Virus genome (UHGV): UHGV-2125804
Reading direction: 5' to 3' (one strand)
DNA length: 47,909 nucleotides
DNA from: a virus
Below are positions 34,275-43,811 of this stretch, piece after piece; within the stretch, counting starts at the first letter, position 1; the number at the start of each line of letters is the position of its first letter. The position numbers were made by a program, and so were the translations under genes. Below the pieces are notes generated by a model. It did no database searches. It was given only the letters and a program-made list of their open reading frames with translations, and had not been told where the DNA came from.

Positions 34275-34973
34275 TTAAAACACGACTTTCCCAATTATTC
34301 TAATCTGTTCCGGTGAGACGACTCTATCTTCATATAATTCGTTTATAGAGCGTAGAATAATCGATTGATTTTCATAATCTTTAAATACTTCCTTACACGT
34401 CACGCCATCACCATCTATTTCAACGATAGCAATCTCACCGTCTTCCACGTCTGGTTGTTCCTTAACAAATACAAATTGTCCATTTCTGATTACTGGCTCC
34501 ATTGAATCTCCTATAATAGGAACGGCAAAATCAGCACTACTTGGAACCCTTTCAAATTCTTCTTCCTCTACAACTGTATCGCCATAAACTAATTCAGTCG
34601 GGTTGGCGGCAGAAGCTGAATTTTTGATTGTCGGAAGTTTTTCCTTTTTAGGAAAGTGCACCACGTTTTCTCGATTTTGCTCTTCGAGTTGACGTTCAGC
34701 AAAGTTATACACTTTTTCTTGGCGAGGTGGGGCGAGTTGGTTGTAGATGGTGGTGATTCCTTCTTTTGCCGCTGGAAAAAAATCGTCTACAGCAACGCCG
34801 AATATATCCGACAAAGCAAAAAGTATATCTTGATTGGCTTTTCTTTCGCCAATCTCGTAACGACTTATTGACTGACGTGTCGTTCCTAATTTTTCTGCTA
34901 AATCATCTTGTGTCATATTCCGTCTTTCACGGAATTTTTTTATTTGTTCACCTACATATTTGGCTAAGTCCAT
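34275..34973 (-). CDS. cI: cI-like repressor (XRE HTH + S24 LexA-like autopeptidase)
   Basis: N-terminal HTH (QDDLAEKLGTTRQSISRYE), C-terminal GDSMEP...K; start ATG 34973 with GAGGTG RBS (track ORF extends to TTG 34991). Confidence 0.85.
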   Translation of the reverse strand: MDLAKYVGEQIKKFRERRNMTQDDLAEKLGTTRQSISRYEIGERKANQDILFALSDIFGVAVDDFFPAAKEGITTIYNQLAPPRQEKVYNFAERQLEEQNRENVVHFPKKEKLPTIKNSASAANPTELVYGDTVVEEEEFERVPSSADFAVPIIGDSMEPVIRNGQFVFVKEQPDVEDGEIAIVEIDGDGVTCKEVFKDYENQSIILRSINELYEDRVVSPEQIRIIGKVVF

Positions 34974-35013
34974 TTTTTTCACCTCTTTCAATGAAATAAG
35001 TATAACATTAAAA

Positions 35014-35146
35014 GCACCAAAATGGAACTATTTTCTTCTATTTTATAGAACGATGTTAAGCTCAACGGAATAAAAATATTTTTTTTAGAAAATATACTTG
35101 CGCTGTCACCATATTGGTGCTAAGATTGTCTTGTAACCAAATTGGT
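35014..35146. promoter_or_regulatory. operator repeats in the cI-cro divergent region
   Basis: Palindromes CACCATATTGGTG (35107..35119) and ACCAAATTGGT (35136..35146), plus GCACCAAAATGG (35014..35025). Confidence 0.55.
35098..35126 (+). promoter_or_regulatory. putative PR promoter for cro (TTGCGC-17-TAAGAT)
   Basis: -35/-10-like hexamers with the palindromic operator in the spacer. Confidence 0.4.
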
Positions 35147-35168
35147 GCGGAAAGTTGAGGTGATTTAA

Positions 35169-35399
35169 ATGCAAATAGTTTTATGGAACTTGAGAAGAAA
35201 CGAAAAAAGAATGACTCAACAAGAATTAGCGGACTATTTAGGCATTGCAGTGCAGACATATCGTGAAAAAGAAAAGGGTAATGCAGAATTCACTCAAGAC
35301 GAGATGTTTATGATTGCAAAACTCTTTCAAAAACGATTAGATGATATTTTTTTGCCACGCAAGCACCGAAATGGTGACAAAAAGGAGGCTAAACAATGA
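35169..35399 (+). CDS. cro: Cro-like XRE-family regulator
   Basis: HTH MTQQELADYLGIAVQTYREKE; divergent from cI. Confidence 0.7.
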   Translation: MQIVLWNLRRNEKRMTQQELADYLGIAVQTYREKEKGNAEFTQDEMFMIAKLFQKRLDDIFLPRKHRNGDKKEAKQ

Positions 35400-36157
35400 A
35401 CACACCACAAATTTTTAATTTCGAACATAACGAAGTTCGAACGTTTCTGGAAAATGACGTCCCATATTTTGTAGCAAATGACGTTGCCAAAACTCTGGGA
35501 TATAAAAATCCAAGCAAAGCTACTAACGATCATTGCAAAAAAGCGATTGAAACATGGGGTAACGATTCGTTAGGTCGTCGTCAAAAATTCAAGATTATTC
35601 CTGAATCGGATGTTTATCGTCTAATTATCAAGTCTAACCTACCGAGTGCAGAAAAATTCGAAGCTTGGGTAATGGAAGAAGTCCTACCACAAATCAGAAA
35701 ACACGGAATGTACGCCACAGACGAACTGCTAGACAATCCTGACTTATTAATCGAAGTGGCAACCAAACTCAAAGAAGAAAAGACACTGCGCCTGATTGCG
35801 GAACAACGAGTAAATGAATTACAGCCGAAGGCGGATTATTACGACCGAATCTTAAACAACAAAGGATTGGTAACCGTTAGTACAATCGCCAAAAACTACG
35901 GTATGAGCGCTGTATCGTTTAATAAATTACTACATGAGTTGGGGATTCAATTCAATCAAAGTGGCACATGGCTACTATACAGCAAGTTCCAAGACAAAGG
36001 TTACACGCATATTGAACCATTTGATTATGAAGACAAAAACGGCAATCGGCAAGTAAAAACACGGATGAAATGGACGCAAAAAGGACACATCTTCTTATAT
36101 GAGACATTGAAGAAGAATAATTACTTACCGATGATTGAACGTGAACAAACAGCGTAG
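35396..36157 (+). CDS. ant: antirepressor (Bro-N + KilA-C domains)
   Basis: N-terminal FNFEHNEVRTFL..PYFVANDVAKTLGY (Bro-N); C-terminal KilAC-like region. Confidence 0.8.
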   Translation: MNTPQIFNFEHNEVRTFLENDVPYFVANDVAKTLGYKNPSKATNDHCKKAIETWGNDSLGRRQKFKIIPESDVYRLIIKSNLPSAEKFEAWVMEEVLPQIRKHGMYATDELLDNPDLLIEVATKLKEEKTLRLIAEQRVNELQPKADYYDRILNNKGLVTVSTIAKNYGMSAVSFNKLLHELGIQFNQSGTWLLYSKFQDKGYTHIEPFDYEDKNGNRQVKTRMKWTQKGHIFLYETLKKNNYLPMIEREQTA

Positions 36158-36247
36158 GAGGTGAGATGAATGGAGAGACCAAAAGGGCGCGTAACCATCG
36201 ACCTAAAAATTACAAAAACCAACTCAAAAATGAGCTGGCTTCATAGA

Positions 36248-36454
36248 CTATTCTTTTGGAAAGTCTAGATTAAAAGCGTCTAAACTACGATGGAACAAGT
36301 CATAATACAATCCGTAAATATCGACTTCTTTTTCATCTGCGTTGTAATCAGCGCCATTTATTTGGGAAATTAATTTTCTGTTGACTTCAGCTTCTACCGC
36401 TAATAGAGCTAAGTCATGAGCGCGTTGTTCATTAGTTAATGACATAATTTTCAC
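36248..36454 (-). CDS. hypothetical small protein
   Basis: Minus-strand ORF between plus-strand early genes. Confidence 0.4.
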   Translation of the reverse strand: MKIMSLTNEQRAHDLALLAVEAEVNRKLISQINGADYNADEKEVDIYGLYYDLFHRSLDAFNLDFPKE

Positions 36455-36498
36455 CTCGCTTTCTAAAGCGATTATATCAAATGATAGGAGGATAAATA

Positions 36499-36744
36499 AT
36501 GACTGAAAAAATCGCCTTGGCAGAAACCATCAAATTGCCTCAACTATCAATGCCAAAGGATGAAGCGATTAAGTATTTTGGATTTGAAGGACATGAATCT
36601 ACATTTCAAAGATTGTTAGCAGAGTTCAAAGTACATCCAGATTACAAAAGCGGTTATCGAGCACCGACTTACAAAATTGTGCTGATAAACATCAATCTGT
36701 TTGATCAATTTTTGGATTGGAAAGACAAAAATAAATTTAAATAG
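36499..36744 (+). CDS. hypothetical protein
   Basis: RBS AGGAGGATAAATAATG. Confidence 0.45.
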   Translation: MTEKIALAETIKLPQLSMPKDEAIKYFGFEGHESTFQRLLAEFKVHPDYKSGYRAPTYKIVLININLFDQFLDWKDKNKFK

Positions 36745-36757
36745 AGGAGAGAACACA

Positions 36758-36997
36758 ATGACAGATTTAGTCATAAACGCAAAGTTAATCGGAGTAGAAG
36801 AAGCTACGGCTAAAGCAGAACGGTATGTCGAACTATTAAAAGAAGCCAAATCGTTGGCGGACGAATTGGCTTCAATGGAATTTGAAATTGGTATTAAACA
36901 AGCAACTGATTCTTCGCAAGAAAGCATTATCCCTCTTGACGAAAAATCAATTACAAAATCAAGCGACTTGCTTACTCGTTCACTAAAAACTCTTTAA
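36758..36997 (+). CDS. hypothetical protein
   Basis: ATG with AGAGGAGAG RBS (track ORF begins at 36701). Confidence 0.45.
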   Translation: MTDLVINAKLIGVEEATAKAERYVELLKEAKSLADELASMEFEIGIKQATDSSQESIIPLDEKSITKSSDLLTRSLKTL

Positions 36998-37196
36998 GTG
37001 CGACGCGAATTAGATTATCAGTTCTTTCACGACTGATTGTGCTTTGTAACGCTATCATTCTTTCTAATTCAGAAGAATCAGGCATTGTATTCTGGATAGC
37101 CTCGGCATTTCTTAAATAATTTTCTTCTTGATCGTACATTTCATCAAATCGGTCTAACATTTTAGAAAAATTTTTTTCGAATGTGTCTTTATCCAT
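36972..37196 (-). CDS. hypothetical small acidic protein
   Basis: Minus-strand ORF. Confidence 0.4.
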   Translation of the reverse strand: MDKDTFEKNFSKMLDRFDEMYDQEENYLRNAEAIQNTMPDSSELERMIALQSTISRERTDNLIRVALKEFLVNE

Positions 37197-37273
37197 ATTT
37201 TCACCACCTTATCAGTTATTTCAGCAGACCACTTGCTGATAAGGAAATTATACAACAGAAAGGAAGTAGCAAA

Positions 37274-37585
37274 ATGAAAAATAAAAAAATTGCACTAGGA
37301 GTTACCGCTGCATTGTTTCTAGGATCAACTGTAGGATTCGCGGCAGGCGTTGGGTTCTTCGATAACGCAACAACTGTTGAACAGAATATCTACAAACTGG
37401 CTAACATTGCTACGCAGAACAAACAGAAGGCAGCAGACGTTCAAAGCAAACTTGATCAAACGACTGGACAACAAAAGAACCTGCAAGATCAACTAGACAA
37501 TTTGAAACAGCAATTGGCAAACAAACAAAACGAGGTCAAAATGAATGGCGAAAAAAGAATACTAGAAGCAAAGCTAACTAAGTAA
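37274..37585 (+). CDS. secreted or membrane coiled-coil protein
   Basis: MKNKKIALGVTAALFLGSTVGFAAG signal-like N-terminus; RBS AAAGGAAG. Confidence 0.45.
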   Translation: MKNKKIALGVTAALFLGSTVGFAAGVGFFDNATTVEQNIYKLANIATQNKQKAADVQSKLDQTTGQQKNLQDQLDNLKQQLANKQNEVKMNGEKRILEAKLTK

Positions 37586-37599
37586 AAGGAGGCAAAAGC

Positions 37600-37758
37600 A
37601 TGAATGAAGTGAAAATTATTTCTGAATTAACTGGAATCTTAGTCAAAAATAATTTATCTGATTTAGAAGCTCTAGAAGCGTTAGAAGAAACAAAGAAGGC
37701 ATTTTTAGAAAGAAGCTGGCATATTGCTTCAGAGAAACAACATGCCATTAAAGATTAG
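37600..37758 (+). CDS. small protein (52 aa)
   Basis: RBS AAAGGAGGCAAAAGC then ATG; below the track cutoff. Confidence 0.35.
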   Translation: MNEVKIISELTGILVKNNLSDLEALEALEETKKAFLERSWHIASEKQHAIKD

Positions 37759-37783
37759 TTATTAAAATAGAGGAGGCAACAGC

Positions 37784-38002
37784 ATGAATATAAAAGAGGC
37801 TATTGATGAAGCGATGCCGCAAGGTAAAGCAATTACGAGAAAGTCTTGGCAAGAAGAAGATCAAGCACTGTGGGTAATTCCTACTAATACACCCGCTTGT
37901 ATGATTTTGCTTAGTCATAATGAACCTGTAAGACAGAAACTTATCCCAGGATGGCAACCCGAGTCGTCAGATTTACAAGCGGATGATTGGGTTACTTACT
38001 AA
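37784..38002 (+). CDS. hypothetical protein
   Basis: RBS AGGAGGCAACAGC then ATG. Confidence 0.45.
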   Translation: MNIKEAIDEAMPQGKAITRKSWQEEDQALWVIPTNTPACMILLSHNEPVRQKLIPGWQPESSDLQADDWVTY

Positions 38003-38349
38003 TTATTAGTAGGCAATAAGGATTTTAAAGCGATTAAAGCTTTAGCAACATTTTCAAGTTTATTACCTACTCGATTTTCCATATAGGTAATGCCAGTTGT
38101 TGTTAGTGTAACAAACATGTACACTCCAGAACCTTTTGTACCAGAAATCAAGGATAAGTATTTCAATTCGTCAAGAAGACCACTTAGATCCTCTTCCCAA
38201 ATCTCAGGAACTAGTTTTAATACATTATCTTGATGCCGAAATATCTTAGCTTTATCTCTAGGAATACCATTTGTATATCGAATTAGGAATTCATTATATA
38301 TCGCAGTCAAGATATATTCAGATTCTTTTGGTATTAGGATTTCACTCAT
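37999..38349 (-). CDS. hypothetical protein (116 aa), moron
   Basis: Minus-strand ORF opposing the early operon. Confidence 0.45.
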   Translation of the reverse strand: MSEILIPKESEYILTAIYNEFLIRYTNGIPRDKAKIFRHQDNVLKLVPEIWEEDLSGLLDELKYLSLISGTKGSGVYMFVTLTTTGITYMENRVGNKLENVAKALIALKSLLPTNN

Positions 38350-38401
38350 AAATTATCACCTCACTTTCTACAGTGAGTATACCAGAGAAGGAGGCAACAG
38401 C

Positions 38402-38593
38402 ATGAAAAAACTCTATTGGCTCCGTAGAACAGGAGCAATGTTGTTTGCGTTTGGAATTGGGGCTGCAATTACAGGAAATGTGCCGGATTGGTTAAAGGCA
38501 GCATACGTTAGTGCAATTTTTGGCTTAGTACTCATCTACGATGTGACAGAGTACAACATAAAAAAGCCAGCCGAGGGGGCTGACTATGAGTAG
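38402..38593 (+). CDS. small two-TM membrane protein
   Basis: RBS AGGAGGCAACAGC then ATG; hydrophobic. Confidence 0.45.
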   Translation: MKKLYWLRRTGAMLFAFGIGAAITGNVPDWLKAAYVSAIFGLVLIYDVTEYNIKKPAEGADYE

Positions 38594-38625
38594 ACGAGAC
38601 AAAATTGAATTTGGACTACTTATAT

Positions 38626-39129
38626 TTAGTTTAATTCTTTCACTAACTTCTCTATTGGCGAGTTTGTATTTTTGATATCAACCATTTTACTTATCTGTGT
38701 TCGGTTTAGACTGAAAATCATTTTAGTTTGATTACTCAATACATCATTAAAGTTTTTATTACCTACTTCGAAAGCCAAATAAAAAGACATTGCACTTTTC
38801 GGAGGGATATTTAAAGGAACTGATTCTGAATAAATTCGGTTGTCACCTGTCGATCCTCCTTTAGCAATTAGCTTTCTATATGGAGTCGCAGCCCATTTAT
38901 GATCTAGCTTATCTGATAAAAGTTCTAGATTCACCAACATTGCTGGCTCAGTTGAAAAATTAGAGACGATTATCTTTGTATAAAGCATATCGGCTGCAAA
39001 GTAAGAAGCATTCAGAGCTACTTCTAATTGTGGACGCATTCCTCTGATTTTTACTATCGTCAACGAAGTGCTAAGAAGGAAGCTAATTATCGACATCCAT
39101 TGGAAAATGGATAATCCTAAGAATTCCAT
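38626..39129 (-). CDS. membrane-anchored protein, paralog of 6518..7081
   Basis: N-terminal TM helix; shared RPQ..(13)..II.SNF..EPAML...LSDKLD motif with the 6518..7081 product. Confidence 0.55.
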   Translation of the reverse strand: MEFLGLSIFQWMSIISFLLSTSLTIVKIRGMRPQLEVALNASYFAADMLYTKIIVSNFSTEPAMLVNLELLSDKLDHKWAATPYRKLIAKGGSTGDNRIYSESVPLNIPPKSAMSFYLAFEVGNKNFNDVLSNQTKMIFSLNRTQISKMVDIKNTNSPIEKLVKELN

Positions 39130-39367
39130 AATATCACCATCCAGTTTTTAAACCATTATATCAAATTGAAAGGGGAGAAAAGGACATGAGTAGAAAAGAA
39201 GCATTATAAATTGGCAGAATTATCGCTGATCGTTGGTGGCATCATAACGAGTCAACGATTCTAGCAAAACAGAATATCGAGCGCAGGAAAGCGTGGGAAC
39301 AAAAAAAGCTCACTACGCCTGCAAGCAATTAGTGAGCAAATGAAATTCGATTTGAGGTGATTATAAC

Positions 39368-39697
39368 ATGCTATCGGAAAAAGAGAAAGTAGCTTTGGAT
39401 AGATACATCACGACAATACCAGATGAACCGAGGTGTGACAAAGAGGCTAGAAAGAATGAACTTGGAGAAACGCTTGAGTATTTTCAGGATGACAACGGTG
39501 CGACAGTAGCTCATAACGACACAGTATATCGTTTATCCATTCAAACAGAAACAATGCGTATCCATTTCTTAGTTCTTTTTGAAAGTGCACAGGAGTTGCT
39601 AGACGAATTCCAACAGGAGTTGGTTATGGCTTCTCTATCAAAACACAGTGACGGTAAGACGTTTATTAAGGAAATGGAGGAGATGTTTGGTGAGTGA
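39368..39697 (+). CDS. hypothetical protein
   Basis: ORF with weak RBS. Confidence 0.45.
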   Translation: MLSEKEKVALDRYITTIPDEPRCDKEARKNELGETLEYFQDDNGATVAHNDTVYRLSIQTETMRIHFLVLFESAQELLDEFQQELVMASLSKHSDGKTFIKEMEEMFGE

Positions 39698-40400
39698 GGT
39701 TAAGTCATTCGAAAATATATCTCAAATGGATTGGGAAAACGATATAAAACAAAAAGAAGGCGGGAAAAACAAAGAGACAGGTGAAACTATTTATCTAAAA
39801 TACCTGTCATGGGCAACTGCACATAAAATCATGAAAATAATTGATCCTGAGGCTAAGATTATCGAGCATGAGTTCGAACATTATAGTGTCTTGAGCGGTC
39901 AAAAGAAAGACTTTTTAATAACTGAGTTGAAACCCTATCGTCAAACTGGTGATGGATACATGGTACAAGTTTCAGTTGAATTGTTCGGGAAGACGGAGAC
40001 AGAAAATTATGCAGTGATCAATTTTAGAGGTCAGCCAGTTTTAAAACCGACTTCTACGGATATAAATAAGGCTCTAAAAAGAGCGTTTGTAAAAGCTTTG
40101 GCAAAACACGGAGTTGCGTTGTATCTCTATGAAGGAGAAGACATACCTGATCAACCTAAGATTGATGTTAAAGAGATTGAGAAACTAGAAAAATTATTAG
40201 CAAGTTTAGATGAAATAACAGGGAACGAAAACAAGAAGACGCTAATTAATACTGTAAACAAGTATACAAAACAGGATAGTCGCTTAGGTAAAAAGGTTAA
40301 AGAAATCAGTGATATGACTTATGACCAAAGTGGACTTTTCAAAATTGCTGCTAATAAGATTCAGCAAGACTTTGAAAAGCAATCGAAAAACAAGAAGTGA
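39690..40400 (+). CDS. putative single-strand annealing protein (Sak/Rad52-like)
   Basis: GTG 39690 after GGAGGAG RBS (track ORF 39648); ..IYLKYLSWATAHKIM..DP.. resembles the Rad52-like SSAP N-terminal pattern; sits in the recombination module upstream of RusA/SSB. Confidence 0.4.
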   Translation: MSEVKSFENISQMDWENDIKQKEGGKNKETGETIYLKYLSWATAHKIMKIIDPEAKIIEHEFEHYSVLSGQKKDFLITELKPYRQTGDGYMVQVSVELFGKTETENYAVINFRGQPVLKPTSTDINKALKRAFVKALAKHGVALYLYEGEDIPDQPKIDVKEIEKLEKLLASLDEITGNENKKTLINTVNKYTKQDSRLGKKVKEISDMTYDQSGLFKIAANKIQQDFEKQSKNKK

Positions 40401-40405
40401 AATAG

Positions 40406-41074
40406 ATGAATAATCTTTCCTATCTGACAAAAATTGTAAAAATAGTTGGAAACACAGTTGTTTTAGAACTGAAAGAAGAATTAAATATCGAACGTCTCAA
40501 AACAATATTTCATGACTTTGAGGGCGAACGACAAGCTGAAATTTTTATCAAGGACCCACGAAGCTTCACTTCACAGCAGAGACGCTTCATATTCGCTTTG
40601 TTGCAAGACATATACCTTTACACTGGAGAGCCTTTGGAGAGCCTAAAAGACGTGTTCTATTGGCAATTCAGATACTTCACAGGTAAAAACATCAGTCTAT
40701 CTAATGAGTCCGAAAACTCAGTTGATGAAGTAGCTACTTTAGCAGAGCTAATACTAGATTTCATCTTTGAAAATGATATTCCTTTCAGGGAAGGTTATGA
40801 AATTGCTCCACAGAATCAAGCGTACTACTTCTATAAATGTGTAATGACTCGAAAGTGCTGCATTTGTGGCAAGCATGCTGATATCTGTCATATAGACACA
40901 GTAGGAATGGGTAGAAATCGTAGAAGAATAGATCATACGCAACACACGTTTTACGCTGGGTGTCGAAAGCATCATAGCGAAGAGCATCAATTAGGAACAC
41001 AAAACTTTTTAAACAAGTACCAGATTATCCCGACAAAATTGAATGCAGATGCGGTCAAACGTTTGGGGATATAG
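40406..41074 (+). CDS. HNH-motif zinc-binding protein
   Basis: C-terminal CCICGKHADICH...CRKHHSEEH cysteine/histidine cluster. Confidence 0.4.
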   Translation: MNNLSYLTKIVKIVGNTVVLELKEELNIERLKTIFHDFEGERQAEIFIKDPRSFTSQQRRFIFALLQDIYLYTGEPLESLKDVFYWQFRYFTGKNISLSNESENSVDEVATLAELILDFIFENDIPFREGYEIAPQNQAYYFYKCVMTRKCCICGKHADICHIDTVGMGRNRRRIDHTQHTFYAGCRKHHSEEHQLGTQNFLNKYQIIPTKLNADAVKRLGI

Positions 41075-41085
41075 GAGGTGTTATT

Positions 41086-41322
41086 TTGTTTGAAGTAAGT
41101 AATAAAGCTCTAGACTTATCGACGAAGTGGTTATTACTGAGACGGAAACTTTCGGCAAAGCAAAATTTGTTTCTAGAAATCATGACGTTTGCCTATATAG
41201 CTACGAATTCTAAAAACAGCGGAATAGATATAAAAAAGACAACCAGAGAATCATTTGATTACAAAGGTCGATTAAAAAAAGACATTGTTTATGAAATGGT
41301 TGTTGATGTAGAGGAGGGATAG
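41086..41322 (+). CDS. hypothetical protein
   Basis: ORF with GGAGGTG RBS. Confidence 0.4.
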   Translation: MFEVSNKALDLSTKWLLLRRKLSAKQNLFLEIMTFAYIATNSKNSGIDIKKTTRESFDYKGRLKKDIVYEMVVDVEEG

Positions 41323-41323
41323 A

Positions 41324-42127
41324 GTGGTAGAACACAAAGGCTACTTTGCAGTAATACCGGCGATTGTTAGGTACGATTCAGAGCTTCCAGGCAATGCTAA
41401 GTTGTTGTACGGAGAACTGACGGCTCTCTCCAATGAGATGGGTTACTGCTGGGCCACGAATCAGTATTTCGCTGAACTCTATAAAGTTAGTAAGCGGACC
41501 ATTAGTAATTGGATCGCAAAACTGGAAGAGAGGAAATACATCACTATTGATCTTCAATATAAAGAAAATTCTTTTGAAGTAGCAAGACGGTGCATATATA
41601 TTTCTCCATTTCCGACAAGCGGTGATTTCTATGGGGGTAGAAATAAATTTCATGAGGGTATAGAAGAAAATTTCCAGCCCCCCATGAAAAAAACTTCTAA
41701 TAGAATAATACAATCTAATAATACAAAGAATAATAAATATATATATAGTGTCGATTTCGAGGGGTATTGGAAAATGTACCCAAAAAAGACTCAAAAAAAG
41801 AAAGCGTTAGAACAATTTAAAAAGAAAGTGAAATCGGACGCTGATCTATCTGAATTTGATAAAGGGTACCTTAATTACTTGAAATATATTGAACTAAATG
41901 ATTGGTATCATCCTCAAGAATTATTTAGGTGGATTCGTGATGAACGGTATAAGGATGAATACGATCTGGCACCGAAAGTTAGTAAAAGTAACTACAAAAA
42001 CAATAAACACCGAGTTGAAGAGGTGCCAAGTCACATTAACACCCAACCGAATAAAAAAGAATCTGACATTGACTGGGTAGCAGAGGCAGAACGTTCTCTC
42101 GCCGAAAGAGGTGCGGAGAGTGAATGA
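41324..42127 (+). CDS. phage replisome organiser / replication initiation protein (N-terminal HTH)
   Basis: FAVIPAIVRYDSELPGNAKLLYGELTALSNEMGYCWATNQYFAELYKVSKRTISNWIAKLEE.KYI matches the replisome-organiser N-terminal domain; iteron-like repeats inside the gene. Confidence 0.65.
   Translation: MVEHKGYFAVIPAIVRYDSELPGNAKLLYGELTALSNEMGYCWATNQYFAELYKVSKRTISNWIAKLEERKYITIDLQYKENSFEVARRCIYISPFPTSGDFYGGRNKFHEGIEENFQPPMKKTSNRIIQSNNTKNNKYIYSVDFEGYWKMYPKKTQKKKALEQFKKKVKSDADLSEFDKGYLNYLKYIELNDWYHPQELFRWIRDERYKDEYDLAPKVSKSNYKNNKHRVEEVPSHINTQPNKKESDIDWVAEAERSLAERGAESE
41704..41738. repeat. iteron-like direct repeats (candidate ori)
   Basis: GAATAATACAA / TAATAATACAA / GAATAATAAAT at ~12-bp spacing inside the organiser gene. 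Confidence 0.35.
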
Positions 42128-42428
42128 CTTTGAGTTGTTAAAAACACTACACAATAAGTTGCCTCAGGATTACAAAGAGATACAGGTACCTTATTTAACA
42201 AGGTATAGCCAACATATCGTAAAAGGTGGAAATGTATCTGACGATCGAGCAAAACAATTGTTTAAACAATACTGGGTAGGCTATTTCATCTATCATTACC
42301 AACAAAAAAATAAGGAATATGATTTTTGGGTTCTAAATGGTCAATCATATGAAACACAACTTGATTTTGCGAAAAAGATGTATGAAAAAGTGTTTGGATA
42401 TGTTCCCAAAATGAAGGATAGAAAATGA
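42111..42428 (+). CDS. hypothetical protein
   Basis: ORF overlapping the organiser end; start ambiguous. Confidence 0.4.
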   Translation: MRRVNDFELLKTLHNKLPQDYKEIQVPYLTRYSQHIVKGGNVSDDRAKQLFKQYWVGYFIYHYQQKNKEYDFWVLNGQSYETQLDFAKKMYEKVFGYVPKMKDRK

Positions 42429-42841
42429 CTAGGTATACATTGCATTTAGAACCAAAGCCACAATCTCGGCCACGTTTTGGACGAAACGGAACCTATGAAG
42501 GCAAAAAGATGAAACAGTGGAAGCGTAATTGCGAGAGTCAGCTTAGATTGATGAACCCTAAAATTATCGAGAAGGGCGCTATATTCGTCGCTATGACGTT
42601 TTACATCTATCCGCCTAAACGGATAGCCGAGATGAAAAAGAAACGCTTAGAACTCGAATCAGAGACGATTTACGTTGATAAGCGACCAGACATAGACAAT
42701 TACATCAAAGCAGTTCTGGATTGCGGCAATGAAATACTCTTCAAAGATGATGGGCAGGTAGCTGCACTATCGTCACAAAAACTTTATTCGTTAAATCCGC
42801 GAATAGAAATTGAAATTACAAGCTTGGAGGAAAACAAATGA
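42425..42841 (+). CDS. rusA: RusA Holliday junction resolvase
   Basis: PQSRPRF...YIYPPKR...[16 protein letters not shown]...DDGQV matches the RusA family. Confidence 0.8.
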   Translation: MTRYTLHLEPKPQSRPRFGRNGTYEGKKMKQWKRNCESQLRLMNPKIIEKGAIFVAMTFYIYPPKRIAEMKKKRLELESETIYVDKRPDIDNYIKAVLDCGNEILFKDDGQVAALSSQKLYSLNPRIEIEITSLEENK

Positions 42842-43311
42842 TAAACAATGTGGTTCTAGTAGGAAGGTTAACGGCTGATCCAAACCTACGATATACGGCA
42901 AATGGCACAGGAGTAGCAACATTCACTCTCGCAGTGAACAGAAACTTTACCAATCAAGATGGTAACAGAGATGCAGACTTTATTAACTGCGTAATTTGGC
43001 GGAAGTCAGCAGAGACGTTAGCCAATTACGCTAAAAAGGGAACGCTGTTAGGTGTGATTGGCCGTATTCAAACAAGAAGCTATGAAAATCAGCAAGGACA
43101 ACGTGTCTATGTAACAGAAGTAGTTGCTGAGAACTTCCAATTGCTTGAATCACGTAGTGCGAGTGATCAGCGTCAGAATACTAACGCCAGTACTAACTCA
43201 AATGGCAACTATGATCAATCAAATAAAAATAGTGTGCCTGACTTTGGTAGAGATAACAATCCTTTTAGTGGTTCATCGATTGACATCGGCGACGATGATC
43301 TGACGTTTTAG
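42838..43311 (+). CDS. ssb: single-stranded DNA-binding protein
   Basis: OB-fold N-terminus [19 protein letters not shown]..., Gln/Asn-rich linker, acidic tail DIGDDDLTF. Confidence 0.85.
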   Translation: MINNVVLVGRLTADPNLRYTANGTGVATFTLAVNRNFTNQDGNRDADFINCVIWRKSAETLANYAKKGTLLGVIGRIQTRSYENQQGQRVYVTEVVAENFQLLESRSASDQRQNTNASTNSNGNYDQSNKNSVPDFGRDNNPFSGSSIDIGDDDLTF

Positions 43312-43321
43312 GAGGGGTTAA

Positions 43322-43810
43322 ATGAGTAGACGTAAAACACCAGAACAACAAGCGGCGTGGAGCGAATTGTTATTATTGATCAATGATCCAGAGTGGTATT
43401 TAGACAGGGAAAAAAGTGATAGGCATAAAACGCTTATGAAAATCATATTAGCGGATGACAAAGACGACTCCTCAAAATCGAAAAAAGAAAAATATCAGGA
43501 CTATTTGAACAAACGTCCAGGGATGGAGAAGAAAATAGTTGAAATGATTAGACAGGGGAAAACAATAGCTCAGATTCATGAGGTATACACGATTGATCGT
43601 AAGATATTTGCTTATGTGAGGCACAAACACCAGTTACCAAAATTTAGAAAGCTAGTGGTTCCTACTGCCGAAGAATTAGAAAAGTCATACAAAAGCGGCG
43701 GTTGGAAGAAAGCGAGTCGAGATTTTGGTGCGTCCCAAGGAACGATTTATCAATGGATGCGGAAATACGGAATTGAAAGAAACTATGTGATAAACGAAAT
43801 GGAGGATTAG
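43322..43810 (+). CDS. HTH-domain protein
   Basis: Two HTH-like segments in the C-terminal half. Confidence 0.4.
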   Translation: MSRRKTPEQQAAWSELLLLINDPEWYLDREKSDRHKTLMKIILADDKDDSSKSKKEKYQDYLNKRPGMEKKIVEMIRQGKTIAQIHEVYTIDRKIFAYVRHKHQLPKFRKLVVPTAEELEKSYKSGGWKKASRDFGASQGTIYQWMRKYGIERNYVINEMED

Positions 43811-43811
43811 C

